A stretch of DNA of 64,000 nucleotides from NCBI RefSeq assembly GCF_020745735.1, contig NC_083419.1, positions 25,690,085 to 25,754,084 on the forward strand, written 5' to 3'. The notes under the pieces were generated by a model, which searched no databases, was not told the origin of the DNA, and saw nothing but the letters and a program-made list of their open reading frames with translations. Shown piece by piece: positions 23,378 to 36,519 of this stretch (position 1 is its first letter; every line of letters starts with the position of its first letter). The translations under genes and the position numbers were made by a program. The DNA is from Hemiscyllium ocellatum (Eukaryota).

Positions 23378-26300
23378 TAAGTAAATGAAGAAGCATTACT
23401 GGTACCAGATAATTTAGAAATAAGGAAGGGAAGTTGGATTGTCAGCAGCTTAGTAGAATAGGGTTGAGAATTGTGGATTTCATGGAATAGATGAGTTTGG
23501 AGAGGGCATGAGGGAAAACAGGACAGCTATTACATAGTTCACAATGAGGACAGGGTAAACTTTAAAGAAAGCTTGGCTTGGTGAGAGGAAGAGAAAGGAA
23601 TAAATGAGGCAATTGATTGGATTATCTTTGTATTAGTAACAAAGAAGTCCATAAGCTCCTCACACTGTTCATTGAATGTGAAGGTGAAGGAGACAGAGTA
23701 GAGTGGTTTAAAATGATGATCTATGGGAAAGAAAAAGAGTTGGGGACTATATTTGCTTTCCAGGACTTTCCTAGAATAGCATACAGTTTCAGCAAATGAT
23801 ACCAACATCTATGAATGTTTCATCCTGATACCTAGAAACTAAAACAGCTATTCTTCACATCTGTTTGCATTTGGTGACATTGGATTTGTGGGAGTGGTGG
23901 GGACAGCCATACTAAGGAGAATGATCAATCAAACGGAGAGTAATAGTTTTAATGGGAGTGAGGGCATTAAAGGTAGAGTGGTGAGTGTGCTGCTCAGGCC
24001 TGGTAGCAAATAAAGGGACAAAGGTTAGACTTTTGGGATTTTGAAAGTGCATTGGTCAGTGAATTAGGGTTAGTTTTTATAGGGATGGATACAGAAGTAC
24101 TGTTAGGGCTTAGAAAGGAAGTGTAGGTTGAGAACAATACAAGACTATTTTCAAAGATAGCTTTAATTGTGATGATACAATGGGAGTAATGAGGCTATAT
24201 GTAATGTTTATGTGAATGTGGGTTAGGGAATGAGAGGTAAGAAGGGCACTGATTACTGGAAGGAGCATAATGAATTCAGATGAAAGTTTGAATAAATCGG
24301 GAGGAAGAAACAATCAGAGCAAAGGGAGCAAAGTTATGAAGATATATTGCTGAAAACATTTTTATTGGACTTTGATGGATATTAGAGCTTGAGGATTTTA
24401 AATTAGAGGTTAAAGGGTGAAAAAAAGATGAAATGCTCAAAGATACAAAAAGTCTGGAGGAGCAAACTAAGGTGTGATGGCAACAGGCACACTACCTCCA
24501 CCATGGTGTTGACAGGACAAGAGATGAAAGTTATGGGAGGTGAGGAGGTTTCATTTCAGAGGGAGTCTCATCACCTCTTTGCAAGGCTTCTATTGAGAGC
24601 ATGGTGTTAACACAATCACTAAACTGGGCTCATGGATTTGCAAAGGCCTTGAACAAACATTCTGGAGAGACATGCGAAAAGGGCAGAGATTACTGATCTA
24701 CAGGCAGTGTCAACAAGGTCATCATTCTGTGAGCTAGTTGAGTGAAGATTATTAACATTTATCATTCGTTCCTTTCTTTTGCACTCTATAGTACTATGTA
24801 TAAAGCCAAGAACCCTCTAAGTTTTTTTTTAACAGCCTGCTCAATTTGTCCTATCATCTGCAAAGATTTCTACAAAATTCCAGAAATCTTTGTCCCTACC
24901 AATTTATTTCAAGAGTCTCTGTGTGCCGGAACTCTCATCACACCCACTTCACTGTTAATGACATTTCTGAGGTTCATGTCATGTGCTAATTTTAAAATTA
25001 TGCTTGGCAATGGTTCTAAATTTATCATTCAGAGCCAATACTTTATCATTCCTTACAGTTTGAAAATCAGCCATGCTCCACTCTTCTTCACTCTCTCTCC
25101 CTTACCCCATTTAATATCCATGCTGGTGCTACTCTTTTTATCTCATGGAATTCAATTCTGTTAACAGGGTGTTTTGTGGTATTTTGCTAAAGTTGGATCA
25201 AGTTTAAAACAATTTAAATAGCTCATTGTGAGTGGTTGATACTATTAACTCTGGAAGAATGTGTAAACATTTGACATTGTTACGTAAATCCTGCAGTAAA
25301 AATGATGTGACGGAACTTCCACATCCATTTGCCTCGGCTCTACTATTCTGACCTGGTACTATTTCCAGGCTCACAGTAAGCCAAATATCTATAAATATAT
25401 ATTTTGGGTTGTTCCCCAAGAAAAACTAGCAAGTGAACATTTGGTCATATTTGTGACGAGTATGTCTAGTCACACGTGCAATACAAAAAACTGTACCATA
25501 TTCAATGAATGTGAAATATTCCTACCAACTGACAAAGCATTAATTAATCAGATCCATTGAAAGAGAAGGTAAATGACAGTCTTTGGAAACACTGATCTCC
25601 AATAGTGTCCTTGATTAAATGTCAAGGTTTATAATTTGACTCCACTGAGCCACAGGCATAAAATAGAATGTGCACATTCAAATGCAAACTCAAACTGACT
25701 CTGCTTTCAGCTTGAAATTAAGGAAACATTCTAGCAGTAAAATAAACTATTGAATGGATCTGCAACTGGTTTTGAATGTTAGCATTTCTAAATTAATGTA
25801 TGCATCATTTAGAGTGTTACTGTGAGATGGATTTCCACTCGTTTCTGATAAACGAGAAATGGTGTTTCACTGAAACTTCAGATTGGAATCAAACATCTCG
25901 ATGTAGCATTTCTCTTATTCATTCCACTTTGTCAATTGCACAACCATGCAAATTAAATATAAGTTTCTGCATTTTAAACTGTAAAGTGCTTAAATTCTAA
26001 AGATTGACTTGAACTGGACGACTGCATTCAAATATAGTCCTGTTTTAATTCAAATGAGACAAAAGATGGGAACAATGAGCAATCAGTGACTACAATATCA
26101 GATTGCATTATTTAATTATGAATGCTGAATCAAAAGGCTGCATTTCAAACTTGACAGACAGGTTTTAGCATTAACTCAATGCTTCAGCAAATACAAACAT
26201 TGATTTTTATCTATTTAGAAAAAAAATGTTAAGAGAGCAATACAGATGCCTTAACTGATCATGGTGATATTACCAGTAGGATTTATGGCATGTGAGCAAA

Positions 26301-26449
26301 GCTGACAAGATGTACACTTATAGTCCATCCCTAAGTGCTGAAAAGGAGGCAGTGGTAAGCCACCTTCTGTCAGAGGCAAAATGTTAGAAGTTATTCTTAA
26401 AAACATTTGGATGTGCCAATTTTGGCACTTGGATAAGTTCCAGATAATC

Positions 26450-27960
26450 AAGCCAATCCAACATAATTTTGCCAAAGAAAAACTACTTGACAGGAGTTCT
26501 TTTTAAAGAAGTAACTTGTACCGTGGATAAAGGGGATTGTGCTTGGATTTCCAGAAGGCAGTTGATAAGGTGCTACATCAAAGGTTATTGTGGAAAATAA
26601 AAGCTGTTGAGGCTAACATATTGGCATAGTTAGAAGATTGACTGGCTAACAGAAGGGAGAAGGTGAGGACTACAGATGCTGGAGATTAGAGTCGAGAGTG
26701 TGGTGCTGGAAAAGCACAACAGGTCAGGCAGCATCCGAGAAGCAGGAGAGTCAACTTTTCGGGTAAAAGTCCTTCATAAGGAATGAGGTTGTCAGCAAGG
26801 AAGTGGTGAGGTAAATGGGAGGGGGTAACAGAAAGCAGAGAGTAGGAATAAATGGGTCTTTTTCAGGTAAACAGAATGTCATGACTGATGTGCCACAGTG
26901 GTTGATGCTAAGGCCTCAACTCTTTAAGATTTATACAAATGATTTATATGAAAGAATCAAAAGTTGCTGATGACACAAAGATAAGTGGGAAAGTGATATG
27001 TGCAAACAACATAAGAAGCCTACAAAGAGAAAAAGAGAGGCCAAATAAGTGGGCAAAATTCTAGCAAATAGAGCACAAAGTGAGAAAGTTGGAAATTGCC
27101 AGTTGGCTGAAAAATCTTTAAAAGCATATTATCTAAATGGTGATGCAGAGAGATCTGGGAATTCTCATGTACGAATCACAAAAGGTTAGTGTGCCATACA
27201 GCAAGTACAAGGAAAGCTAATAAAATATTATGTTTTATTGCAAGGGAGATTTAATGCAAGAGTAGACAGGCTATGCTTCAGTTATACAGTGTATTGGTAA
27301 AACCACATCTGGAATATTCTGTACAGTTTTTGTCACTGTACTTATGGAAAGTGTTAATGCATTGCAAGCAGCTCAGACAAGGTTTACTAGACTAATATCT
27401 TCCCCTGCCATCACAAGAAGTGCAAAACCTGTGCCTACACTTCCTCACTCACCTCTGTCCAAGGCCCCAAAGGATCCTTGCACATAAAAAAACCCAGCAT
27501 CTGCAGTCCTTTCTCCTTATAACAGGAATATGAGCAGGTTGTTTTTGAGGAAAGGCTGGACAGGCTAGGCTTGTATCATTTGGAGTTCAGAAGTGTTAGA
27601 GGTGACTTAATTGAAGCATATAAGATTCTGAGGTGACTTGACATGGTAAATGTGGAAAGGATATTTCCTGTTGTGAGAGAATGGAAATCCAGGGAGATTA
27701 GTTTAAAAATAAAGGGGAGTTCATTGAAAACAGAGATGAGAAAAACAAATTTCTCTCTGAGGGTCTCATGTCTTTGGAATTCCCTTTCTCAAAACGCAGT
27801 GGATGCAGAAGCCATAAATATTTTAAAAATAGAAATAGATAATTCTTGATTACTAAGGGAACAAAAGACGATCAGTGATATGCAGGAATGTAGTATTGAA
27901 TTTAAAGTCAGATCAGCCATGATCTTATTGAATAGCAAGGCAGGTTCAAAGGGCCGAAGA
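26450..27960 (+). mobile_element. CR1 LINE RT to 3' end, decayed, with two PLE-derived inserts
   Basis: DFQKA.DKV, ADDTK, PHLEYSVQF and NFSLRVSCLWN remnants. Confidence 0.85.
26655..26825 (-). mobile_element. PLE family A mini-element with 8-bp TSD TAACAGAA
   Basis: TSD at 26647-26654 and 26826-26833; decayed hammerhead. Confidence 0.8.
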
Positions 27961-30950
27961 CAGAACATACAAAATTACAGCGTGGTACAGGTCTTCGGCC
28001 TTCGATGTTGTGCCAATCGGTGAAATTAATCTGATGCCCATCTAACCTACACCATTCCATTATTATCCATATATATGTCCAATGCCCATTTAAAAGCCCT
28101 TAACATTGGTGAGTGTACTACTGTTGCAGGCACGCCGTTCCATGTCCCTACTACTCTGAGTAAAGAAACTACCCTGATACCTGTCCTAAATCTATCACCC
28201 CTCAATTTAAAGCTATGTCCCCTGGTGTTAGCCTTCCCCATCCAAGGAAAAAAGGCTCTCACTGTCCACCCTATCAAACCTCTGATTATCTTATACATCT
28301 CAAATAAGTCACATCTCAACCTTCTTCTCTCCAATGTAAACAGCCTCAGTTCCTTCTGCCTTTCCTCATAAGACCTTCCTTCCATACCAGGCAACATCCT
28401 CGTAAATCTCCTCTGAACCCTTTCCAAAACTTCCACATAGAGTCATAGAGATGTACAGCATGGAAATAGACCCTTTGGTCCAACCCATTCATGCCGACCA
28501 GATATCCCAACCCAATCTAGTCCTACCTGCCAGCACCTGGCCCATATCCCTCCAAACACTTACTATTCATATACCCATCCAAATGCCTTTTAAATGTTGC
28601 AATTGTACCAACCTCCACCACTTTCACTGGTAGCTCATTGCATACACGTACCACCCTCTGCGTGAAAAAGTTGCCCCTTAGGTCCCTTTTATATCTTTCC
28701 CCTCTCACCCTAAACCTATGCCCTCTAATTCTGGACTCCCCGACCCCAGGGAAAAGACTTTGTCTATTTATCCTATCCATGACCCTCATAATTTTGTAAA
28801 CCTCAATAAGGTCACCCCTCAGCCTCCGACACTCCAGGGAAAACAGCCCCAGCCTGTTCAGCCTCTCCCCATAGCTCAAATGTGGTGACCAGAACTGTAT
28901 GCAAAACTCCAGGTGCAGCCTTACCAGTGTCTTGTTCAGCTGAAGCATGACCTCGTGGCTCCAAAACTCAATCCCCCTACCAATAAATGCCAACACACCA
29001 TATGCATTCTTAATAACCCTATCAACCTGGGTGGCAACTTCCAGGAATTTATGCACTTGGACACTAAGATCTCTCTGTTCATCTACACTGCCAAGATTTT
29101 TACCATTAGCCCAGTACTCTGCATTCTGTTACTTCTAAGTGAATTACCTCACATTTTTCCGCATTAAAGTCCATTTGTCACTTCTCAGCCCAGCTCTGCA
29201 TTTTATCTATATCCCCCTGTAACCCACAACATTCTTTCGCATTATCCACAACTCTGCCTACCTTAGTGTCATCTGCAAATTTACTAACCCATCCTTCTGT
29301 GTCCACCTCCAGATCATTCATAAAAATGACAAACAGCAGTGGCCCCAAAACAAATCCACTGGTAACTGAGCTCCAGGATGAACATTTCCCTTCAAGCACC
29401 ACCCTCTGTCTTCCTTCAGCTAGCTAGTTTCTGATCCAAACCGATAAATCCCCTTAAATCCCGAAACTTTGTATTTTGTGAAATAGCCTACTGTGTGGAA
29501 TCTTATCAAATGCCTTACTGAAATCCATATACAATACATCAACTGCTTTACCTTCACCCACCTGTTTTGTCACCTTCTTGAAGAACTCAATTAGGTTAGT
29601 TAGGCACAACATACCCTTCACAAAACCGTTATGACTATCCCTAATCAAATTATTCCTTTCAAGATAATTATAAATCCTTTCTCTTATAACTTTTCTAACA
29701 CTTTACCCACAACCGAAGTAAGTCTCACTGGCCTATAATTACCAGGGCTGTCTCGACTCCCCTTCTTAAACAAGGGAACAACATTGCTATCCTCGACTCC
29801 CCTTCTTAAACAAGGGAACAACATTTGACAATGATGACATAAAGATCAAAGCCAAAGACTCTGCAATCTCCTCCCTGGCTTCCCAGAGCCTAGTATAAAT
29901 TCCATTCAACCCAGGGGTCTTATGTATTTTCAGATCTTCCACAATTGCTAAAACCTCCTCATTGTCAACCACAATTCCATCTAATCTAGTAGCCTGTATC
30001 TCTGTATTCTCACTAACATTGCCCTTTCCAATGTGAATATTGACAGAAAATATTCATTAAGCGCTCTCCCTATGTCTGCAGATTCCACACACAACTTCCC
30101 ACTATTATCTTTAATTGGTCCTAACTTTATTCTAGTCATTCTTTTATTCCTGATATATCTATAGAAGGCCTTAGGGTTTTCCCTGATCTTATCTGCCAAC
30201 AACTTCTCATGTCTCCTCCTGGCTCTTCTTAGCCCTCTCTTTCGATCTTTTCTGGATAACCTATAACTGTCAACCCCTTTTAACTGAGCCTTCATGCCTC
30301 ATCTTCACATAAGCTGTCTTTTTTCTCTTGACAAGAGCTGCAGATTCTTTAATAAACCATGGCTCCCTCTCTTGACAACTACCTCCCTTGCCTGATAGGT
30401 ATATACTTATCAATGACCAGCAGAATCTGTTTCTTGAATAAGCTCCTCATTTCAAGTGTGTCCATCCCCTACAGTTTCCTTCCCCATCCTCTGCATCCTC
30501 AATCTTGCCTAATCACATCATAATTGACTTTCCCCCCATTTATACCTCTTTCCCTGCAGTTTATACCTGCCCCTGCCCATTGCTATTGTAAGCATAACCA
30601 AATTGTGGTCAGTATCGACAAAGTGCTCACCTACTTCCAAATCTAACATCTGGTTGGGTTCATTCCCTAATACCAAATCCAATATGGCATCACCCCTTGT
30701 TGGCCTGTCTACATATTGTGTCAGAAAACCTTCCTGCACACACTGAACAAAACCGGACCCATCTAAACTACTTGACCTATAGTATCCCCAGTCAATATTC
30801 GGGAAGTTAAAGTCCTCCATACCAACTACCCTGTTACTCTCACTCCTATCGAAAGTCATCTTTGCTATCCTTGCCTCTATATCCCTGGAACAATTTGGAG
30901 GCCTATACAAACAGGGTGACCTCTCCCCTTCTGTTTCTAACCTCTTGTTG
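27961..30950 (-). mobile_element. CR1 LINE ORF2 (APE endonuclease to RT to 3' end), fragmented, with a second CR1 3' end nested at about 28437-28878
   Basis: ORF pieces YRPPN, DFNFPNIDW, LDLVLGNE, YMDFSKAFDK, LGPLLFVIF, SKFADDTK and RVQRRFTRMLPG. Confidence 0.92.
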
Positions 30951-31086
30951 CTTATTCACATGACAATTGCTCAAAGTCGAACAGCTTCTGTTCATATGTT
31001 GTAGGTGAGGCCACACTGCTGTTAGGGAGGGAGTTCCAAGCTTTTGACCCAACAGCAAGTGAAGGAACAGTGATATAGTTCTGAGT

Positions 31087-31295
31087 AAAAAGTGAGGTCT
31101 GCAGATGCTGGAGATCAGAGCTGAAAATGTGTTGCTGGTTAAAGCACAGCAGGTTAGGCAGCATCCAAGGAACAGGAAATCGACGTTTCAGGCCAGAGCC
31201 TGATGAAGGGCTCTGGCCTGAAACGTCGAATTTCCTGTTCCTTGGATGCTGCCTAACCTGCTGTGCCTTAACCAGCAACACATTTTCAGCTCTGA
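31087..31295. mobile_element. Near-perfect palindromic PLE family A mini-element
   Basis: Arms 31115-31200 and 31209-31295 differ by one mismatch and one indel; loop TGATGAAG; TCTGAGT repeated at 31080 and 31291. Confidence 0.9.
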
Positions 31296-31751
31296 GTCAG
31301 GATTTGTGCAAAATGAAAGGGGATTTGTAGGCTGTTGTGTTCTTACGCTTTTGCTGCCCTCTGTCTAGTTGGTAGAGATTGTGGGTTTGGAAGGTGCTGC
31401 CAAAGGAGACTTAGTGAGTTACTGATGCACGTCTTGAAGACTTTACAGACTAGTGCAAGAGAATTCCATCACTCCTGACTTGTCCTTTGTAGTCAGTGGA
31501 TGAAGTGTGGCTGGAATCTGGACTGGAGCAAAGGGAGGTTACTCACTGCAGAATCCACTGTTTGGACCTGCCCTGATAGACACAACACTTGCATGATTTT
31601 TCATTAAGAATTCAGTCAATTGTAATCTACAGAATGTTAATGGTGAGGAGTTCAGTGGTGGCAATATTAAGGGGAAATTACTGGATTATCTTACGTTGGA
31701 GCTGTTCATTGATTGTCAGTGATGACATTATTTCCCCAAACCTGAATGTTA

Positions 31752-32680
31752 TAGAACATAGAACATCGAACATAGAAAAATACAGCGCAGTACAGGCCCT
31801 TCGGCCCTCGATGTTGCACCAACCAAAGCCTACCTAACCTACACTAGCCCAATAACCTCCATATGCTTATCCAATGCCCGCTTAAATGACCATAAAGAGG
31901 GAGAGTCCACCACTGCTACTGGCAGGGCATTCCATGAACTCACAACCCGCTGAGTAAAGAATCTACCCCTAACATCTGTCCTATACCTATCACCCCTTAA
32001 TTTAAAGCTGTGTCCCCTAGTAACAGCTGACTCCATTAGCGGAAAAAGGTTCTCACTGTCAACCCTATCTAAACCCCTAATCATCTTGTACACCTCTATT
32101 AAATCTCCCCTAAACCTTCTTTTCTCCAATGAGAACAGCCCCACGTGCCTCAGCCTTTCCTCATATGATCTTCCTACCATGCCAGGCAACATCTTATTCC
32201 TGATGAAGGGCTTATGCTTGAAACGTCGAATTCTCTATTCCTGAGATGCTGCCTGGCCTGCTGTGCTTTGACCAGCAACACATTTGCAACATCCTGGTAA
32301 ACCTCCTTTGCACTCGTTCCAATGCCTCTACGTCCTTCCTATAGTATGGTGACCAAAACTGCACACAATACTCCAGATGAGGCCGCACCAGAGACTTATA
32401 CAACTGCAACATGACCTCAGGACTCCGGAACTCAATTCCTCTACCAATAAAGCCCAGTACACCATATGCCTTCTTCACAGTACTATTTATCTGGGTGGCA
32501 ACTTTCAGAGATCTGTGTACATGGACACCAAGATCCCTCTGCTCATCCACACTACCAAGTAGCCTACCATTAGCCCAGTAATCCATCTTCTTGTTACTCC
32601 TACCAAAGTGAATGACTTCACACTTAGCTACATTGAACTCCATTTGCCACCTTTCTGCCCAGCTCTGCAACTTATCTATA
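31752..32680 (-). mobile_element. Young 5'-truncated CR1 LINE interrupted by a 92-bp hammerhead element
   Basis: Near-identical to 61278-62100; (CATAGAA)n tail. Confidence 0.93.
32194..32285 (+). mobile_element. 92-bp PLE family A mini-element with hammerhead (32196-32231) and 8-bp TSD GCAACATC
   Basis: The empty site is visible in the paralogous CR1 at about 61707-61714. Confidence 0.92.
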
Positions 32681-33316
32681 TTATCTAGATTTACTGCATG
32701 GGAATACTGACTGCTTCTGGTATTTGAGCAGTTGTGAATGAAACTGATCAATGTGCAATCATATATGAATATCCCCACCCAAACATTAGAGTGAAAGTGA
32801 CTAATTCATCCTCTGAAGGTAGTTGGGTCCAGGAGACTATGCTGAGGAATTCATGTAACCACCTCCTATGCCTGAAGTGAATGGTCTTCAAGAACCACAA
32901 ACCATCCTCCTTTGTGCTCTGTATGACTCTAACCAGTAGTGAGTTTTCACTTTGATTTCAATTGACAATAATTTTGCAAGTGTTGCTTGATGCTGTACTT
33001 GGTGAAGTGCTGCCTCATGTTGAAGATAGTTACTTTCATTCACCTCTGGCATTCAGCTCTTTCATCTGTATTTATTCAGAGTTTGGAATGAAGTCTAAAT
33101 CTAAGTGGCCATAAACACAAAATAGCTTCTGTTAGCAGATTATTGCTGTGTAGGTGATATTTGAAAGCATTGTCATTGATGACATCTGCTATCATTTTTT
33201 TTGATGACTGATAGTACACTAATAGTATGGTATGTGACCAACTGGGTTTGTATTGCTTTTTGTCAACAGGATTTCCCAGGACAGTTTTCCACATTGTTGT
33301 GTGGATGCATGTGTGA

Positions 33317-33508
33317 GTTGAAAAGGGTGGCACTGGAAAAGCACAGCAGGTCAGGCAGTATCCAGGAGAGTCTACATTTTGGGCACCAGTTCTCCATCAG
33401 GAATGTCCACTCTCCTGGTCCTTGGATGCTGCCTGACCTACTGTGCTTTTCCAGCTCCACCCTTTTTGACTTTGGCTTTCCAGCATCTGCAGTCCTTACT
33501 TTCTCCTA
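33317..33508. mobile_element. Head-to-head PLE family A mini-element with 13-bp TSD GATGCATGTGTGA
   Basis: TSD at 33304-33316 and 33509-33521. Confidence 0.87.
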
Positions 33509-33974
33509 GATGCATGTGTGACTTCTTTTGACTGTGTCCTTCCAGGAGTTACCTTGTGATGGTGTTGGTGGAGTCTGGGACATTGGATATAAGCTATGCT
33601 TGAATGAGCCTGACTATATCAAACTGTTGTAATGGGTCTATGGGACTGTTGTCCAAATACTAGTGCAGGACGCAGTAAGGAGAACTTTGAGTAGTTGACT
33701 GAAGTGGTTGTTGGGTTAACAAATACTTTGAATCAAGGTCTTCAGTAGAGGCAGACATCAGCATGCAGACATCAAAAGCAAACTGATACTGAATCGGGGT
33801 AAGAATTCACCAAAGTTAATGGAAGCACCTTTATAGAAGTAAACAAAATGATGGTGCTAACTAGTGACAAAACCCCAGCAGGATTAGCCGATTTACATCC
33901 CAGTACACGTGATATTCTTTCAAAGATCTTTTGATTAAGGAGACATTTGTTTAGATTGAAATTTGTTTACTTAA

Positions 33975-34285
33975 AAAAATTATTCATGGGATATGGGCAT
34001 TGCTGGCTGGGCCAGCACTTATTGCCCATCTCTAATTGCCTTGAGAAAGCAAAAGTGAATGGCCTTGTTGAACTATTGCATCCATATGCTGTTGGTAGAT
34101 TCACAATGCCATTAGGGAGTTCCAGGGATTTCAGCACAGCAATACTGAAGGAATGCGATATACATCCAAGTCAGGATGGTGAGCTTGGAGGGAAGCTTGG
34201 AGATGGTGGTGATTCCATATATCTGTTGCCTTTGTCCTTTTACATAACAGTGGTCATAGGTTTGGAAAGTACTGCTTAAGTTATT
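33975..34285 (-). mobile_element. 3' end of a CR1/L2-group LINE (same family as 45990-46975; other pieces near 21600-22030, 30960-31700 and 32690-33300)
   Basis: Reverse complement similarity to 46700-46975. Confidence 0.65.
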
Positions 34286-35229
34286 TGAGAATTGTGAGCG
34301 AGAAACACTATAGAGAATCATAGAGTGATTAATCTAGCATCTCTTGGAGGGAGGTTTATGATGATGTTCTAGAAGATCTGTAGAGGGGTCTCAACTATTC
34401 ACCATATTTATTAACAACATACATTAGTATCAAGGCAGCATTGCCAAAAGCAAAGTCACAACTAGAAAGTTGCAAAAAGGAGGGACATTTTATGCCATCA
34501 TCGCTTTCCGCACGCCCCTCCCCCACCCCCAAAACTGGTGTAATTAAAAGCAAGGGAGTACATTGATACAACCAGGGCTAATCCTTTTTTTAAACACTGA
34601 TCCATAATCTGCCCCCATATTATGATGGGCAAATAAAGTGTCACCCAACCTACAGACCTTTCAGTCTACTGAGGCATTTATCAATTTAAGGCCACTGAAG
34701 TGCCTGTTTTCAACTATGCCGGTATAATATGATATGCAGGATGAGGCAGAAAGAAAATAATCAGCCTGCTACTTTCCAAGCTCAGAGTAGAAGGTCTGAT
34801 GGAAGCATGTTCCTCCACTCGTATGACTGTGCCTACTGGCTGTATATCTCTAAGACAGCACTTCCCCTTTATGTGTTGAAGCTTGGCCTCCAAATCTGAC
34901 CACTCCCAGTCCCTTTAACCACCTCACTGGGGATCCTGGCCATAGCCCCAGACCTATTTGTAAATCCAGGATCCATTGATCATCTTCTCTGGGATTCCTT
35001 ATAGTCTTTTCAGTAACTGTTACTGTGTTATGATGTAGCTGTACCAGAAAATCCAATTGTCTAGCAGCTTTCAAGGTTGGGAATTTCTATTTGTGAGAGC
35101 TTGAGATCATGCTAATTCAGTCTCCAACATATTATTGTTGCAGGGCAGCCATTTTTAAACTTGATGTACTCAAGACCAACTTTTCTACTGGAGTGGAATA
35201 TATCATCTCTCTTCCATAAAATATACCCA

Positions 35230-36085
35230 AAGGTGTGAATAAATTTAGTGAATAGGTGAGTCTGTTGCAAAGTGCATGCCAATGTTAACAATTATGAAAC
35301 ACTTTGTCTAAACAGGATAGAGCAAACTACTTTCTAAATGGTAAAAAGATAGAAGGCATATGGTTCCAAAGAGACATAGGGAATCACAGACATGCACAAT
35401 GAAATTATCTAAAAAAGTTAAGGGAATGTTGTCTGTTTATCTAGGGGACTAGAATACAGTGATATAGATGTCATGGTTCAACTAGACAAAGCCATGATTT
35501 GACCACATCTGGGATATTGTGTTTGCTTAGCACAGAACACAACAGACATATTGGCCTTGGAAGGAATGCAGCATAGATTTGCTAGAATTATATGTTGATT
35601 CCAAGGATTATATTACAAGTAGAGAATATACAAAGTAGCATTGTATTTCCTGGAAGTTATAAGGTTAAGGTGATGAATTGACCAAAATTTGCAATGAATC
35701 AACGAGAATTGATGAATAGGTTGTAAGTAACTATTGTCACTAGTAGGAGAATCTAGCAATAGGGGACATAGCCAATAGAAATACAGCCAGTCCTTTCAAA
35801 ATTATTTTTGGAAACACATTTGCACAGGAAGTGTGGTAGAATTTAGAACTCACTTTTGCAAGTAGCAGTTATGCTGGAACAGTGGTTCATTTTAAATCTG
35901 AGATGGAAATTTTTTTATGAACCCATGTAATAAGAGATATTTTAAATCTGAGACGGAACTTCTGTTGTGTTTCAATTGTAATAAGAGATATTTTGCAAAT
36001 AAAGACCTAGAGAGTTAGGTCATAACTTATCCATACCTTACTCAAAGGTAGAGCATGCTTGAAGACTAACCTGTTTCCATGTTCT
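35230..36085 (+). mobile_element. Old CR1 3' fragment
   Basis: Decayed CR1 RT C-terminal region. Confidence 0.55.
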
Positions 36086-36519
36086 TAATAATTTGACATC
36101 AAGCATTACTATTCTGTTGATTTCACTAAATTAACCACATTATTTTATTAAACATTCAAAATTGCTTCCATGTCATTGTTTAGCAAGTTTAGACTTTGTC
36201 ATAATTGGGACATTACAGACAATGCATTCTCACATTCAACGTGAGTTGTGCCTCTTACCATTCTCTTAGAAAAATACATATGCCTTCTCCTCAGCTTTAA
36301 CATTTGATTGCCCAATGAACAAATGTTGATAATCCTGTTCAAGAAGAGTGGTAAGTATAATGGAAAGTGGGACACTTAATCCAATTGTTCCATCAAGTAC
36401 TCCAGGCTTACTTCAAGATACCACTGACAATTGACAAACCTGTCTCGTTAATAGATGGGAGCTGTCAGATAGCTTTGTCATTAGAGTCTTTTTTCCACTC
36501 AACTCTAACCATAATTATC

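Noticed and set aside
29752-29826. About 40-bp tandem duplication inside CR1
   Set aside because: Ordinary repair scar at an internal deletion of a dead LINE.
31115-31295. DNA-transposon MITE or pre-miRNA
   Set aside because: The arms are PLE terminal sequence, asymmetric in length, and TSD lengths vary (7-13 bp) among copies, unlike a DDE MITE.
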